The notes under the pieces were generated by a model. The model had not been told where the DNA came from. It saw only the letters and a program-made list of their open reading frames with translations, and made no database searches. From contig CAXHJY010000096.1 of NCBI GenBank assembly GCA_964016885.1, positions 1,798,001 to 1,862,000 of the forward strand: a stretch of DNA of 64,000 nucleotides, read 5' to 3'. Shown here in pieces: positions 39,801 through 53,500 of the stretch (its first letter is position 1; the number at the start of each line of letters is the position of its first letter). A program made the position numbers and the translations under genes. This stretch comes from Eledone cirrhosa (lineage: Eukaryota).

Positions 39801-41570
39801 CAGCCAAGGGGAGATAATTTGTAAAAAAATCAGGGGGAGATAATTTGTAAAAAAAATCAGGGGGAGATAATTTGTAAAAAAAAATCAGGGGGAGATAATT
39901 TGTAAAAAAAAATCAGGGGGAGATAATTTGTAAAAAAAAATCAGGGGGAGATAATTTGTAAAAAAATCAAGGGGAGATAATTTCCAGCCGTCCAAGGGGA
40001 GATAATTTTCAGCCGTCCAAGGGGAGATAATTTCCCGCCAGCCAAGGGAAGATAATATTTGAAAAAATCAGGCGGAGATAATTTGTAAAAAAAATCAGGG
40101 GGAGATAATTTGTAAAAAAATCAGGGGGAGATAATTTGTAAAAAAAAAATCAGGGGGAGATAATTTGTAAAAAGAATCAGGGGGAGATAATTTGTAAAAA
40201 AAATCAGGGGTAGATAAATTGTAAAAAAAAATCAGGGGGAGATAATTTGTAAAAAAAATCAGGGGGAGATAATTTGTAAAAAAAATGAAAGGGGAGATAA
40301 TATCCAGCCGTCCAAGGGGAGATAATTTCCAGCCGTCCAAGGGGAGATAATTTCCAGCCGTCCAAGGGGAGATAATTTCCATCCTTCCAAGGGGATATAA
40401 TTTCCAGCCGTCCAAGGGGAGATAATTTCCCGCCAGCCAAGGGAAGATAATTTTTAAAAAAATCAGGCGGAGATTGTAAAAAAAATCAGGGGGGAGATAA
40501 TTTGTAAAAAAATCAGGGGGAGATAATTTGTAAAAAAAAATCAGGGGGAGATAATTTGTAAAAAATAATCAGGGGGAGATAATTTGTAAAAAAAAATCAA
40601 GGGGAGATAATTTCCAGCCGTCCAAGGGGAGATAATTTCCCGCCAGCCAAGGGAAGATAATATTTAAAAAAATTAGGCGGAGATAATTTGTAAAAAAAAT
40701 CAGGGGGAGATAATTTGTAAAAAAATCAGGGGGAGATAATTTGTAAAAAAAATCAGGGGGAGATAATTTGTAAAAAAATTCATGGGGAGATAATTTGTAA
40801 AAAAAAATCAGGGGTAGATAATTTGTAAAAAAAAATCAGGGGGAGATAATTTGTAAAAAAAAATCAGGGGGAGATAATTTGTAAAAAAAATCAAGGGGAG
40901 ATAATTTCCAGCCGTCCAAGGGGAGATAATTTTCAGCCGTCCAAGGAGAGGTAATTTCTAGCCGTCCAAGGGGAGATAATTTCCAGCCGTCCAAGGGGAG
41001 GTAATTTCCAGCCGTCCAAGGGGAGATAATTTAAAAAAAAAAATCAGGCGGAGATAATTTGTAAAAAAAATCAAGGGGAGATAATTTGCAGCCGTCCAAG
41101 GGGAGATAATTTTCAGTCGTCCAAGGAGAGGTAATTTCTAGCCGTCCAAGGGGAGATAATTGCCAGCCGTCCAAGGGGAGATAATTTCCAGCCGTCCAAG
41201 GGGAGATAATTTTTTTTAAAAAATCAGGCGGAGATAATTTGTAAAAAAAATCAGGGGGAGATAATTTGTAAACAAAATCAGGGGGAGATAATTTGTAAAA
41301 AAAAATCAGGGGGAGATAATTTGTAAAAAAAATCATGGAGAGATAATTTCCAGCCGTCCAAGGTGAGATAATTTCCAGCCGTCCAAGGAGACATATTTTC
41401 CAGCCGCCCAAGGCGAGGTAATTTCTAGCCGTCCAAGGGGAGATAAATTCCAGCCTCCAAGGGGAGATAATTTCCAGCCAGCCAAGTGGAGATAATTTGT
41501 AAAAAAATCAGGGGGAGATAATTTGTAAAAAATATCAGGGAGATAATTTGTAAAAAAAAATCAGGGGGAG
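33850..41570 (+). repeat. Block copy of ~3570..11270 (offset ~30,275)
   Basis: Landmarks 3738/34015, 6088/36363, 8247/38521 and 9130/39404. The variant ccgttcaaggagagg is shared at ~9452 and ~39726. Confidence 0.82.
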
Positions 41571-44500
41571 ATAATTTGTAAAAAAAATCAGGGGGAGATA
41601 ATTTGTAAAAAAAAATCAGGGGGAGATAATTTGTAAAAAAAATCAAGGGGAGATAATTTCCAGCCGTCCAAGGGGAGATAATTTTCAGCCGTCCAAGGGG
41701 AGATAATTTCCCGCCAGCCAAGGGAAGATAATATTTAAAAAAATCAGGCGGAGATAATTTGTAAAAAAAATCAGGGGGAGATAATTTGTAAAAAAATCAG
41801 GGGGAGATAATTTGTAAAAAAAAAATCAGGGGGAGATAATTTGTAAAAAAAATCAGGGGGAGATAATTTGTAAAAAAAATCAAGGGGAGATAATTTCCAG
41901 CCGTCCAAGGGGAGATAATTTTCAGCCGTCCAAGGGGAGATAATTTGTAAAAAAAATCAAGGGGAGATAATTTCCAGCCGTCCAAGGGGAGATAATTTCC
42001 CGCCAGCCAAGGGAAGATAATATTTAAAAAAATCAGGCGGAGATAATTTGTAAAAAAAATCAGGGGGAGATAATTTGTAAAAAAATCAGGGGGAGATAAT
42101 TTGTAAAAAAAAAATCAGGGGGAGATAATTTGTAAAAAAAATCAGGGGGAGATAATTTGTAAAAAAAAATCAGGGGTAGATAAATTGTAAAAAAAAATCA
42201 GGGGGAGATAATTTGTAAAAAAAATCAGGGGGAGATAATTTGTAAAAAAAATGAAAGGGGAGATAATATCCAGCCGTCCAAGGGGAGATAATTTCCAGCC
42301 GTCCAAGGGGAGATAATTTCCAGCCGTCCAAGGGGAGATAATTTCCATCCTTCCAAGGGGATATAATTTCCAGCCGTCCAAGGGGAGATAATTTCCCGCC
42401 AGCCAAGGGAAGATAATTTTTAAAAAAATCAGGCGGAGATTGTAAAAAAAATCAGGGGGGAGATAATTTGTAAAAAAATCAGGGGGAGATAATTTGTAAA
42501 AAAAAATCAGGGGGAGATAATTTGTAAAAAATAATCAGGGGGAGATAATTTGTAAAAAAAAATCAAGGGGAGATAATTTCCAGCCGTCCAAGGGGAGATA
42601 ATTTCCCGCCAGCCAAGGGAAGATAATATTTAAAAAAATTAGGCGGAGATAATTTGTAAAAAAAATCAGGGGGAGATAATTTGTAAAAAAATCAGGGGGA
42701 GATAATTTGTAAAAAAAATCAGGGGGAGATAATTTGTAAAAAAAATCATGGGGAGATAATTTGTAAAAAAAAATCAGGGGTAGATAATTTGTAAAAAAAA
42801 ATCAGGGGGAGATAATTTGTAAAAAAAAATCAGGGGGAGATAATTTGTAAAAAAATCAAGGGGAGATAATTTCCAGCCGTCCAAGGGGAGATAATTTTCA
42901 GCTGTCCAAGGAGAGGTAATTTCTAGCCGTCCAAGGGGAGATAATTTCCAGCCGTCCAAGGGGAGGTAATTTCCAGCCGTCCAAGGGGAGATAATTTTTA
43001 AAAAAAAATCAGGCGGAGATAATTTGTAAAAAAAATCAAGGGGAGATAATTTGCAGCCGTCCAAGGGGAGATAATTTTCAGTCGTCCAAGGAGAGGTAAT
43101 TTCTAGCCGTCCAAGGGGAGATAATTGCCAGCCGTCCAAGGGGAGATAATTTCCAGCCGTCCAAGGGGAGATAATTTTTTTTAAAAAATCAGGCGGAGAT
43201 AATTTGTAAAAAAAATCAGGGGGAGATAATTTGTAAACAAAATCAGGGGGAGATAATTTGTAAAAAAAAATCAGGGGGAGATAATTTGTAAAAAAAATCA
43301 TGGAGAGATAATTTCCAGCCGTCCAAGGTGAGATAATTTCCAGCCGTCCAAGGAGACATATTTTCCAGCCGTCCAAGGCGAGGTAATTTCTAGCCGTCCA
43401 AGGGGAGATAAATTCCAGCCTCCAAGGGGAGATAATTTCCAGCCAGCCAAGTGGAGATAATTTGTAAAAAAATCAGGGGGAGATAATTTGTAAAAAATAT
43501 CAGGGAGATAATTTGTAAAAAAAAATCAGGGGGAGATAATTTGTAAAAAAAATCAGGGGGAGATAATTTGTAAAAAAAAATCAGGGGGAGATAATTTGTA
43601 AAAAAAATCAAGGGGAGATAATTTCCAGCCGTCCAAGGGGAGATAATTTTCAGCCGTCCAAGGGGAGATAATTTCCCGCCAGCCATGGGAAGATAATATT
43701 TAAAAAAATCAGGCGGAGATAATTTGTAAAAAAAATCAGGGGGAGATAATTTGTAAAAAAATCAGGGGGAGATAATTTGTAAAAAAAAAATCAGGGGGAG
43801 ATAATTTGTAAAAAAAATCAGGGGGAGATAATTTGTAAAAAAAAATCAGGGGTAGATAATTTGTAAAAAAAAATCAGGGGGAGATAATTTGTAAAAAAAA
43901 ATCAGGGGGAGATAATTTGTAAAAAAATGAAAGGGGAGATAATATCCAGCCGTCCAAGGGGAGATAATTTCCAGCCGTCCAAGGGGATATAATTTCCAGC
44001 CGTCCAAGGGGAGATAATTTCCATCCTTCCAAGGGGATATAATTTCCAGCCGTCCAAGGGGAGATAATTTCCCGCCAGCCAAGGGAAGATAATTTTTAAA
44101 AAAATCAGGCGGAGATTGTAAAAAAAATCAGGGGGGAGATAATTTGTAAAAAAATCAGGAGGAGATAATTTGTAAAAAATAATCAGGGGGAGATAATTTG
44201 TAAAAAAATTCAAGGGGAGATAATTTCCAGCCGTCCAAGGGGAGATAATTTCCCGCCAGCCAAGGGAAGATAATATTTAAAAAAATTAGGCGGAGATAAT
44301 TTGTAAAAAAAATCAGGGGGAGATAATTTGTAAAAAAATCAGGGGGAGATAATTTGTAAAAAAAATCAGGGGGAGATAATTTGTAAAAAAAATCATGGGG
44401 AGATAATTTGTAAAAAAAAATCAGGGGTAGATAATTTGTAAAAAAAAATCAGGGGGAGATAATTTGTAAAAAAAAATCAGGGGGAGATAATTTGTAAAAA

Positions 44501-44899
44501 AAATCAAGGGGAGATAATTTCCAGCCGTCCAAGGGGAGATAATTTTCAGCTGTCCAAGGAGAGGTAATTTCTAGCCGTCCAAGGGGAGATAATTTCCAGC
44601 CGTCCAAGGGGAGGTAATTTCCAGCCGTCCAAGGGGAGATAATTTAAAAAAAAAAATCAGGCGGAGATAATTTGTAAAAAAAATCAAGGGGAGATAATTT
44701 GCAGCCGTCCAAGGGGAGATAATTTTCAGTCGTCCAAGGAGAGGTAATTTCTAGCCGTCCAAGAGGAGATAATTGCCAGCCGTCCAAGGGGAGATAATTT
44801 CCAGCCGTCCAAGGGGAGATAATTTTTTTTAAAAAATCAGGCGGAGATAATTTGTAAAGAAAATCAGGGGGAGATAATTTGTAAAAAAAATCAGGGGGA

Positions 44900-47440
44900 G
44901 ATAATTTGTAAAAAAAAATCAGGGGTAGATAATTTGTAAAAAAAAATCAGGGGGAGATAATTTGTAAAAAAAATCAAGGGGAGATAATTTCCAGCCGTCC
45001 AAGGGAAGATAATTTCCAGCCCTCCAAGGGGCTATAATTTCCAGCGTCCAAGGGGAGATAATTTCCAGCCAGCGAAGGGGAGATAATTTTTAAAAAAAAA
45101 TCATTGGGAGATTTGTAAAAAAAATCAGGGGGAGATAATTTGTAAAAAAAATCAAGGGGAGATAATTTCCAGCCGTCCAAGGGGAGGTAATATCTAGCCG
45201 TCCAAGGGTAGATAATTTCCAGCCGTCCAACGGGAGATAATTTCCAGCCGTCCAAGGGTAGATAATATCCAGCCGCCCAAGGACATATTTTCCAGCCGTC
45301 CAAGGAGAGGTAATTTCTAGCCGTCCAAGGGGAGATAATTTCCAGCCGTCCAAGGGTAGATAATATCCAGCCGTCCAAGGACATATTTTCCAGCCGTCCA
45401 AGGAGAGGTAATTTCTAGCCGTCCAAGGGGAGATAAATTCCAGCCTCCAAGGGGAGATAATTTCCAGCCAGCCAAGGGGAGATAATTTGTAAAAAAATCA
45501 GGGGGAGATAATTTGTAAAAAAAATCAGGGGGAGATAATTTGTAAAAAAAAATCAGGGGGAGATAATTTGTAAAAAAAAATCAGGGGGAGATAATTTGCA
45601 AAAAAAATCAGGGGGAGATAATTTGTAAAAAAAAATCAGGGGTAGATAATTTGTAAAAAAAAATCAGGGGGAGATAATTTGTAAAAAAAATCAGGGGGAG
45701 ATAATTTGTAAAAAAAATCAAGGGGAGATAATTTCCAGCCGTCCAAGGAGAGATAATTTTAAAAAAAATCAGGCGGAGATAATTTGTAAAAAAAAATCAG
45801 GGGGAGATAATTTGTAAAAAAAAATCAGGGGGAGATAATTTGTAAAAAAAAATCAGGGGGAGATAATTTGTAAAAAAAATCAGGAGGAGATAATTTGTAA
45901 AAAAAATCAAGGGGAGATAATTTCCAGCCGTCCAAGGAGAGATAATTTAAAAAAAAATCAGGCGGAGATAATTTGTAAAAAAAAATCAGGGGGAGATAAT
46001 TTGTAAAAAAAAATCAGGGGGAGATAATTTGTAAAAAAAATCAAGGGGAGATAATTTCCAGCCGTCCAAGGGGAGATAATTTTCAGCCGTCCAAGGGGAG
46101 ATAATTTCCCGCCAGCCAAGGGAAGATAATATTCAAAAAAATCAGGCGGAGATAATTTGTAAAAAAAATCAGGGGGAGATAATTTGTAAAAAAATCAGGG
46201 GGAGATAATTTGTAAAAAAAAAAATCAGGGGGAGATAATTTTTAAAAAAAATCAGGGGGAGATAATTTGTAAAAAAAAATCAGGGGTAGATAATTTGTAA
46301 AAAAAAATCAGGGGGAGATAATTTGTAAAAAAAAATCAGGGGGAGATAACTTGTAAAAAAAATGAAAGGGGAGATAATATCCAGCCGTCCAAGGGGAGAT
46401 AATTTCCAGCCGTCCAAGGGGAGATAATTTCCAGCCGTCCAAGGGGAGATAATTTCCATCCTTCCAAGGGGATATAATTTCCAGCCGTCCAAGGGGAGAT
46501 AATTTCCATCCTTCCAAGGGGATATAATTTCCAGCCGTCCAAGGGGAGATAATTTTCAGCCGTCCAAGGAGAGGTAATTTCTAGCCGTCCAAGGAGAGAT
46601 AATTTCCAGCCGTCCAAGGGGAGATAATTTCCAGCCGTCCAAGGGGAGATAATTTCCAGCCGTCCAAGGAGACATATTTTCCAGCCGTCCAAGGAGAGGT
46701 AATTCCTAGCCGTCCAAGGGGAGATAAATTCCAGCCTCCAAGGGGAGATAATTTCCAGCCAGCCAAGGGGAGATAATTTGTAAAAAAAATCAGGGGGAGA
46801 TAATTTGTAAAAAAAATCAGGGGGAGATAATTTGTAAAAAAAAATCAGGGGGAGATAATTTGTAAAAAATAATCAGGGGGAGATAATTTGTAAAAAAAAT
46901 CAAGGGGAGATAATTTCCAGCCGTCCAAGGGGAGATAATTTTCAGCCGTCCAAGGGGAGATAATTTCCCGCCAGCCAAGGGAAGATAATATTTAAAAAAA
47001 TTAGGCGGAGATAATTTGTAAAAAAAATCAGGGGGAGATAATTTGTAAAAATATCAGGGGGAGATAATTTGTAAAAAAAATCAGGGGGAGATAATTTGTA
47101 AAAAAAATCAGGGGGAGATAATTTGTAAAAAAAAATCAGGGGGAGATAATTTGTAAAAAAAATCAAGGGGAGATAATTTCCAGCCGTCCAAGGGAAGATA
47201 ATTTCCAGCCCTCCAAGGGGCTATAATTTCCAGCGTCCAAGGGGAGATAATTTCCAGCCAGCGAAGGGGAGATAATTTTTTTTAAAAAATCATTGGGAGA
47301 TTTGTAAAAAAAATCAGGGGGAGATAATTTGTAAAAAAAATCAAGGGGAGATAATTTCCAGCCGTCCAAGGGGAGGTAATATCTAGCCGTCCAAGGGGAG
47401 ATAATTTCCAGCCGTCCAAGGGGAGATAATTTCCAGCCGT
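44900..47440 (+). repeat. Block copy of ~11270..13810 (offset ~33,628)
   Basis: Landmarks 11347/44974, 12651/46280, 13313/46942 and 13534/47163. The variant gataacttgt is seen only at ~12716 and ~46345. Confidence 0.85.
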
Positions 47441-47589
47441 CCAAGGGGAGATAATTTCCAGCCGTCCAAGGGGAGATAATTTTCAGCCGTCCAAGGAGAG
47501 GTAATTTCTAGCCGTCCAAGGAGAGATAATTTCCAGCCGTCCAAGGGGAGATAATTTCCAGCCAGCCAAGGGGAGATAATTTGTAAAAA

Positions 47590-50500
47590 AATCAGGGGGA
47601 GATAATTTGTAAAAAAAATCAGGGGGAGATAATTTGTAAAAAAAATCAGGGGGAGATAATTTGTAAAAAAAAATCAGGGGGAGATAATTTGTAAAAAAAA
47701 TCAAGGGGAGATAATTTCCAGCCGTCCAAGGGAAGATAATTTCCAGCCCTCCAAGGGGCTATAATTTCCAGCGTCCAAGGGGAGATAATTTCCAGCCAGC
47801 GAAAGGGAGATAATTTTTTAAAAAAAATCATTGGGAGATTTGTAAAAAAATCAGGGGGAGATAATTTGTAAAAAAAATCAAGGGGAGATAATTTCCAGCC
47901 GTCCAAGGGGAGGTAATATCTAGCCGTCCAAGGGGTGATAATTTCCAGCCGTCCAAGGGGAGATAATTTCCAGCCGTCCAAGGGTAGATAATATCCAGCC
48001 GTCCAAGGACATATTTTCCAGCCGTCCAAGGAGAGGTAATTTCTAGCCGTCCAAGGGGAGATAAATTCCAGCCTCCAAGGTGAGATAATTTCCAGCCAGC
48101 CAAGGGGAGATAATTTGTAAAAAAATCAGGGGGAGATAATTTGTAAAAAAAATCAGGGGGAGATAATTTGTAAAAAAAAATCAGGGGGAGATAATTTGTA
48201 AAAAAAATCAAGGGGAGATAATTTCCAGCCGTCCAAGGGGAGATAATTTTCAGCCGTCCAAGGGGAGATAATTTCCCGCCAGCCAAGGGAAGATAATATT
48301 TAAAAAAATCAGGCGGAGATAATTTGTAAAAAAAATCAGGGGGAGATAATTTGTAAAAAAATCAGGGGGAGATAATTTGTAAAAAAAAAATCAGGGGGAG
48401 ATAATTTGTAAAAAAAATCAGGGGGAGATAATTTGTAAAAAAAAATCAGGGGTAGATGAATTGTAAAAAAAAATCAGGGGGAGATAATTTGTAAAAAAAA
48501 TCAGGGGGAGATAATTTGTAAAAAAAATGAAAGGGGAGATAATATCCAGCCGTCCAAGGGGAGATAATTTCCAGCCGTCCAAGGGGAGATAATTTCCAGC
48601 CGTCCAAGGGGAGATAATTTCCATCCTTCCAAGGGGATATAATTTCCAGCCGTCCAAGGGGAGATAATTTCCCGCCAGCCAAGGGAAGATAATATTTAAA
48701 AAAATTAGGCGGAGATAATTTGTAAAAAAAATCAGGGGGAGATAATTTGTAAAAAATCAGGGGGAGATAATTTGTAAAAAAAATCAGGGGGAGATAATTT
48801 GTAAAAAAAATCATGGGGAGATAATTTGTAAAAAAAAATCAGGGGTAGATAATTTGTAAAAAAAAATCAGGGGGAGATAATTTGTAAAAAAAAATCAGGG
48901 GGAGATAATTTGTAAAAAAAATCAAGGGGAGATAATTTCCAGCCGTCCAAGGGGAGATAATTTTCAGCCGTCCAAGGAGAGGTAATTTCTAGCCGTCCAA
49001 GGGGAGATAATTTCCAGCCGTCCAAGGGGAGGTAATTTCCAGCCGTCCAAGGGGAGATAATTTTAAAAAAAAAATCAGGCGGAGATAATTTGTAAAAAAA
49101 ATCAAGGGGAGATAATTTGCAGCCGTCCAAGGGGAGATAATTTTCAGTCGTCCAAGGAGAGGTAATTTCTAGCCGTCCAAGGGGAGATAATTGCCAGCCG
49201 TCCAAGGGGAGATAATTTCCAGCCGTCCAAGGGGAGATAATTTTTTTTAAAAAATCAGGCGGAGATAATTTGTAAAAAAAATCAGGGGGAGATAATTTGT
49301 AAACAAAATCAGGGGGAGATAATTTGTAAAAAAAAATCAGGGGTAGATAATTTGTAAAAAAAAATCAGGGGGAGATAATTTGTAAAAAAAAATCAGGGGG
49401 AGATAATTTGTAAAAAAAATCAAGGGGAGATAATTTCCAGCCGTCCAAGGGGAGATAATTTTCAGCCGTCCAAGGAGAGGTAATTTCTAGCCGTCCAAGG
49501 GGAGATAATTTCCAGCCGTCCAAGGGGAGGTAATTTCCAGCCGTCCAAGGGGAGATAATTTTAAAAAAAAAATCAGGCGGAGATAATTTGTAAAAAAAAT
49601 CAAGGGGAGATAATTTGCAGCCGTCCAAGGGGAGATAATTTTCAGTCGTCCAAGGAGAGGTAATTTCTAGCCGTCCAAGGGGAGATAATTGCCAGCCGTC
49701 CAAGGGGAGATAATTTCCAGCCGTCCAAGGGGAGATAATTTTTTTTAAAAAATCAGGCGGAGATAATTTGTAAAAAAAATCAGGGGGAGATAATTTGTAA
49801 ACAAAATCAGGGGGAGATAATTTGTAAAAAAAAATCAGGGGGAGATAATTTGTAAAAAAAATCATGGAGAGATAATTTCCAGCCGTCCAAGGGGAGATAA
49901 TTTCCAGCCTTCCAAGGAGACATATTTTCCAGCCGTCCAAGGCGAGGTAATTTCTAGCCGTCCAAGGGGAGATAAATTCCAGCCTCCAAGGGGAGATAAT
50001 TTCCAGCCAGCCAAGTGGAGATAATTTGTAAAAAAATCAGGAGGAGATAATTTGTAAAAAATATCAGGGAGATAATTTGTAAAAAAAAATCAGGGGGAGA
50101 TAATTTGTAAAAAAAATCAGGGGGAGATAATTTGTAAAAAAAAATCAGGGGGAGATAATTTGTAAAAAAAATCAAGGGGAGATAATTTCCAGCCGTCCAA
50201 GGGGAGATAATTTTCAGCCGTCCAAGGGGAGATAATTTCCCGCCAGCCAAGGGAAGATAATATTTAAAAAAATCAGGCGGAGATAATTTGTAAAAAAAAT
50301 CAGGGGGAGATAATTTGTAAAAAAATCAGGGGGAGATAATTTGTAAAAAAAAAATCAGGGGGAGATAATTTGTAAAAAAAATCAGGGGGAGATAATTTGT
50401 AAAAAAAAATCAGGGGTAGATAATTTGTAAACAAATATCAGGGGGAGATAATTTGTAAAAAAAAATCAGGGGGAGATAATTTGTAAAAAAAATGAAAGGG

Positions 50501-53500
50501 GAGATAATATCCAGCCGTCCAAGGGGAGATAATTTCCAGCCGTCCAAGGGGATATAATTTCCAGCCGTCCAAGGGGAGATAATTTCCATCCTTCCAAGGG
50601 GATATAATTTCCAGCCGTCCAAGGGGAGATAATTTCCCGCCAGCCAAGGGAAGATAATTTTTAAAAAAATCAGGCGGAGATTGTAAAAAAAATCAGGGGG
50701 GAGATAATTTGTAAAAAAATCAGGGGGAGATAATTTGTAAAAAATAATCAGGGGGAGATAATTTGTAAAAAAATTCAAGGGGAGATAATTTCCAGCCGTC
50801 CAAGGGGAGATAATTTCCCGCCAGCCAAGGGAAGATAATATTTAAAAAAATCAGGCGGAGATTGTAAAAAAAATCAGGGGGGAGATAATTTGTAAAAAAA
50901 TCAGGGGGAGATAATTTGTAAAAAAAATCAGGGGGAGATAATTTGTAAAAAAATCAGGGGGAGATAATTTGTAAAAAAAATCAGGGGGAGATAATTTGTA
51001 AAAAAAATCATGGGGAGATAATTTGTAAAAAGAAATCAGGGGTAGATAATTTGTAAAAAAAAATCAGGGGGAGATAATTTGTAAAAAAAAATCAGGGGAG
51101 ATAATTTGTAAAAAAAATCAAGGGGAGATAATATCCAGCCGTCCAAGGAGAGATAATTTTTAAAAAAAATGAGGCGGAGATAATTTGTAAAAAAAAAATC
51201 AGGGGGAGTTAATTTGTAAAAAAAAATGAGGGGGAGATAATTTGTAAAAAAATCAAGGGGAGATAATTTCCAGCCGTCCAAGGGGAGATAATTTTCAGCC
51301 GTCCAAGGAGAGGTAATTTCTAGCCGTCCAAGGGGAGATAATTTCCAGCCGTCCAAGGGGAGGTAATTTCCAGCCGTCCAAGGGGAGATAATTTTAAAAA
51401 AAAAATCAGGCGGAGATAATTTGTAAAAAAAATCAAGGGGAGATAATTTGCAGCCGTCCAAGGGGAGATAATTTTCAGTCGTCCAAGGAGAGGTAATTTC
51501 TAGCCGTCCAAGGGGAGATAATTTCCAGCCGTCCAAGGGGAGATAATTTCCAGCCGTCCAAGGGGAGATAATTTTTTTTAAAAAATCAGGCGGAGATAAT
51601 TTGTAAAAAAAATCAGGGGGAGATAATTTGTAAACAAAATCAGGGGGAGATAATTTGTAAAAAAAAATCAGGGGGAGATAATTTGTAAAAAAAATTAGGC
51701 GTAGATAATTTGTAAAAAAAAATCAGGGGGAGATAATTTGTAAAAAAAAATCAGGGGGAGATAATTTGTTTAAAAAATCAAGGGGAGATAATTTGCAGCC
51801 GTCCAAGGGGAGATAATTTTCAGCCGTCCAAGGAGAGGTAATTTCTAGCCGTTCAAGGGGAGATAATTTCCAGCCGTCCAAGGGGAGATAATTTCCAGCC
51901 GTCCAAGGGGAGATAATTTTTTTTTAAAAATCAGGCGGAGATAATTTGTAAAAAAAAATCAGGGGGAGATAATTCGTAAAAAAAAATCAGGGGGAGATAA
52001 TTTGTAAAAAAAAATCAGGGGGAGATAATTTGTAAAAAAAATCAAGGGGAGATAATTTCCAGCCGTCCAAGGGGAGGTAATATCTAGCCGTCCAAGGGGA
52101 GATAATTTCCAGCCGTCCAAGGGGAGATAATTTCCAGCCGTCCAAGGGGAGATAATTTCCAGCCGTCCAAGGAGACATATTTTCCAGCCGTCCAAGGCGA
52201 GGTAATTTCTAGCCGTCCAAGGGGAGATAAATTCCAGCCTCCAAGGGGAGATAATTTCCAGCCAGCCAAGGGGAGATAATTTGTAAAAAAATCAGGGGGA
52301 GATAATTTGTAAAAAATATCAGGGAGATAATTTGTAAAAAAAAATCAGGGGGAGATAATTTGTAAAAAAAATCAGGGGGAGATAATTTGTAAAAAAAAAT
52401 CAGGGGGAGATAATTTGTAAAAAAAATCAAGGGGAGATAATTTCCAGCCGTCCAAGGGGAGATAATTTTCAGCCGTCCAAAGAGAGGTAATTTCTAACCG
52501 TCCGAGGAGAGATAATTTCCAGCCGTCCAAGGGGAGATAATTTCCAGCCGTCCAAGGGGAGATAATTTCCAGCCGTCCAAGGAGACATATTTTCCAGCCG
52601 TCCAAGGAGAGGTAATTTCTAGCCGTCCAAGGGGAGATAAATTCCAGCCTCCAAGGGGAGATAATTTCCAGCCAGCCAAATGGAGATAATTTGTAAAAAA
52701 ATCAGGGGGAGATAATTTGCAAAAAAAATCAGGGGGAGATAATTTGTAAAAAATAATCAGGGGGAGATAATTTCCAGCCGTCCAAGGGGAGATAATTTAA
52801 AAAAAAATCAGGCGGAGATAATTTGTAAAAAAAAATCAGGGGGAGATAATTTGTAAAAAAAAATCAGGGGGAGATAATTTGTAAAAAAAATCAAGGGGAG
52901 ATAATTTCCAGCCGTCCAAGGGAAGATAATTTCCAGCCCTCCAAGGGGCTATAATTTCCAGTGTCCAAGGGGAGATAATTTCCAGCCAGCGAAGGGGAGA
53001 TAATTTTTTTTAAAAAATCATTGGGAGATTTGTAAAAAAAATCAGGGGGAGATAATTTGTAAAAAAAATCAAGGGGAGATAATTTCCAGCCGTCCAAGGG
53101 GAGGTAATATCTAGCCGTCCAAGGGGAGATAATTTCCAGCCGTCCAAGGGGAGATAATTTCCAGCCGTCCCAGGGTAGATAATATCCAGCCGCCCAAGGA
53201 CATATTTTCCAGCCATCCAAGGAGAGGTAATTTCTAGCCGTCCAAGGGGAGATAAATTCCAGCCTCCAAGGGGAGATAATTTCCAGCCAGCCAAGGGGAG
53301 ATAATTTGTAAAAAAATCAGGGGGAGATAATTTGTAAAAAAAATCAAAGGGAGATAATTTGTAAAAAAAAATCAGGGGGAGATAATTTGTAAAAAAAAAT
53401 CAGGGGGAGATAATTTGCAAAAAAAATCAGGGGGAGATAATTTGTAAAAAAAAATCAGGGGTAGATAATTTGTAAAAAAAAATCAGGGGGAGATAATTTG

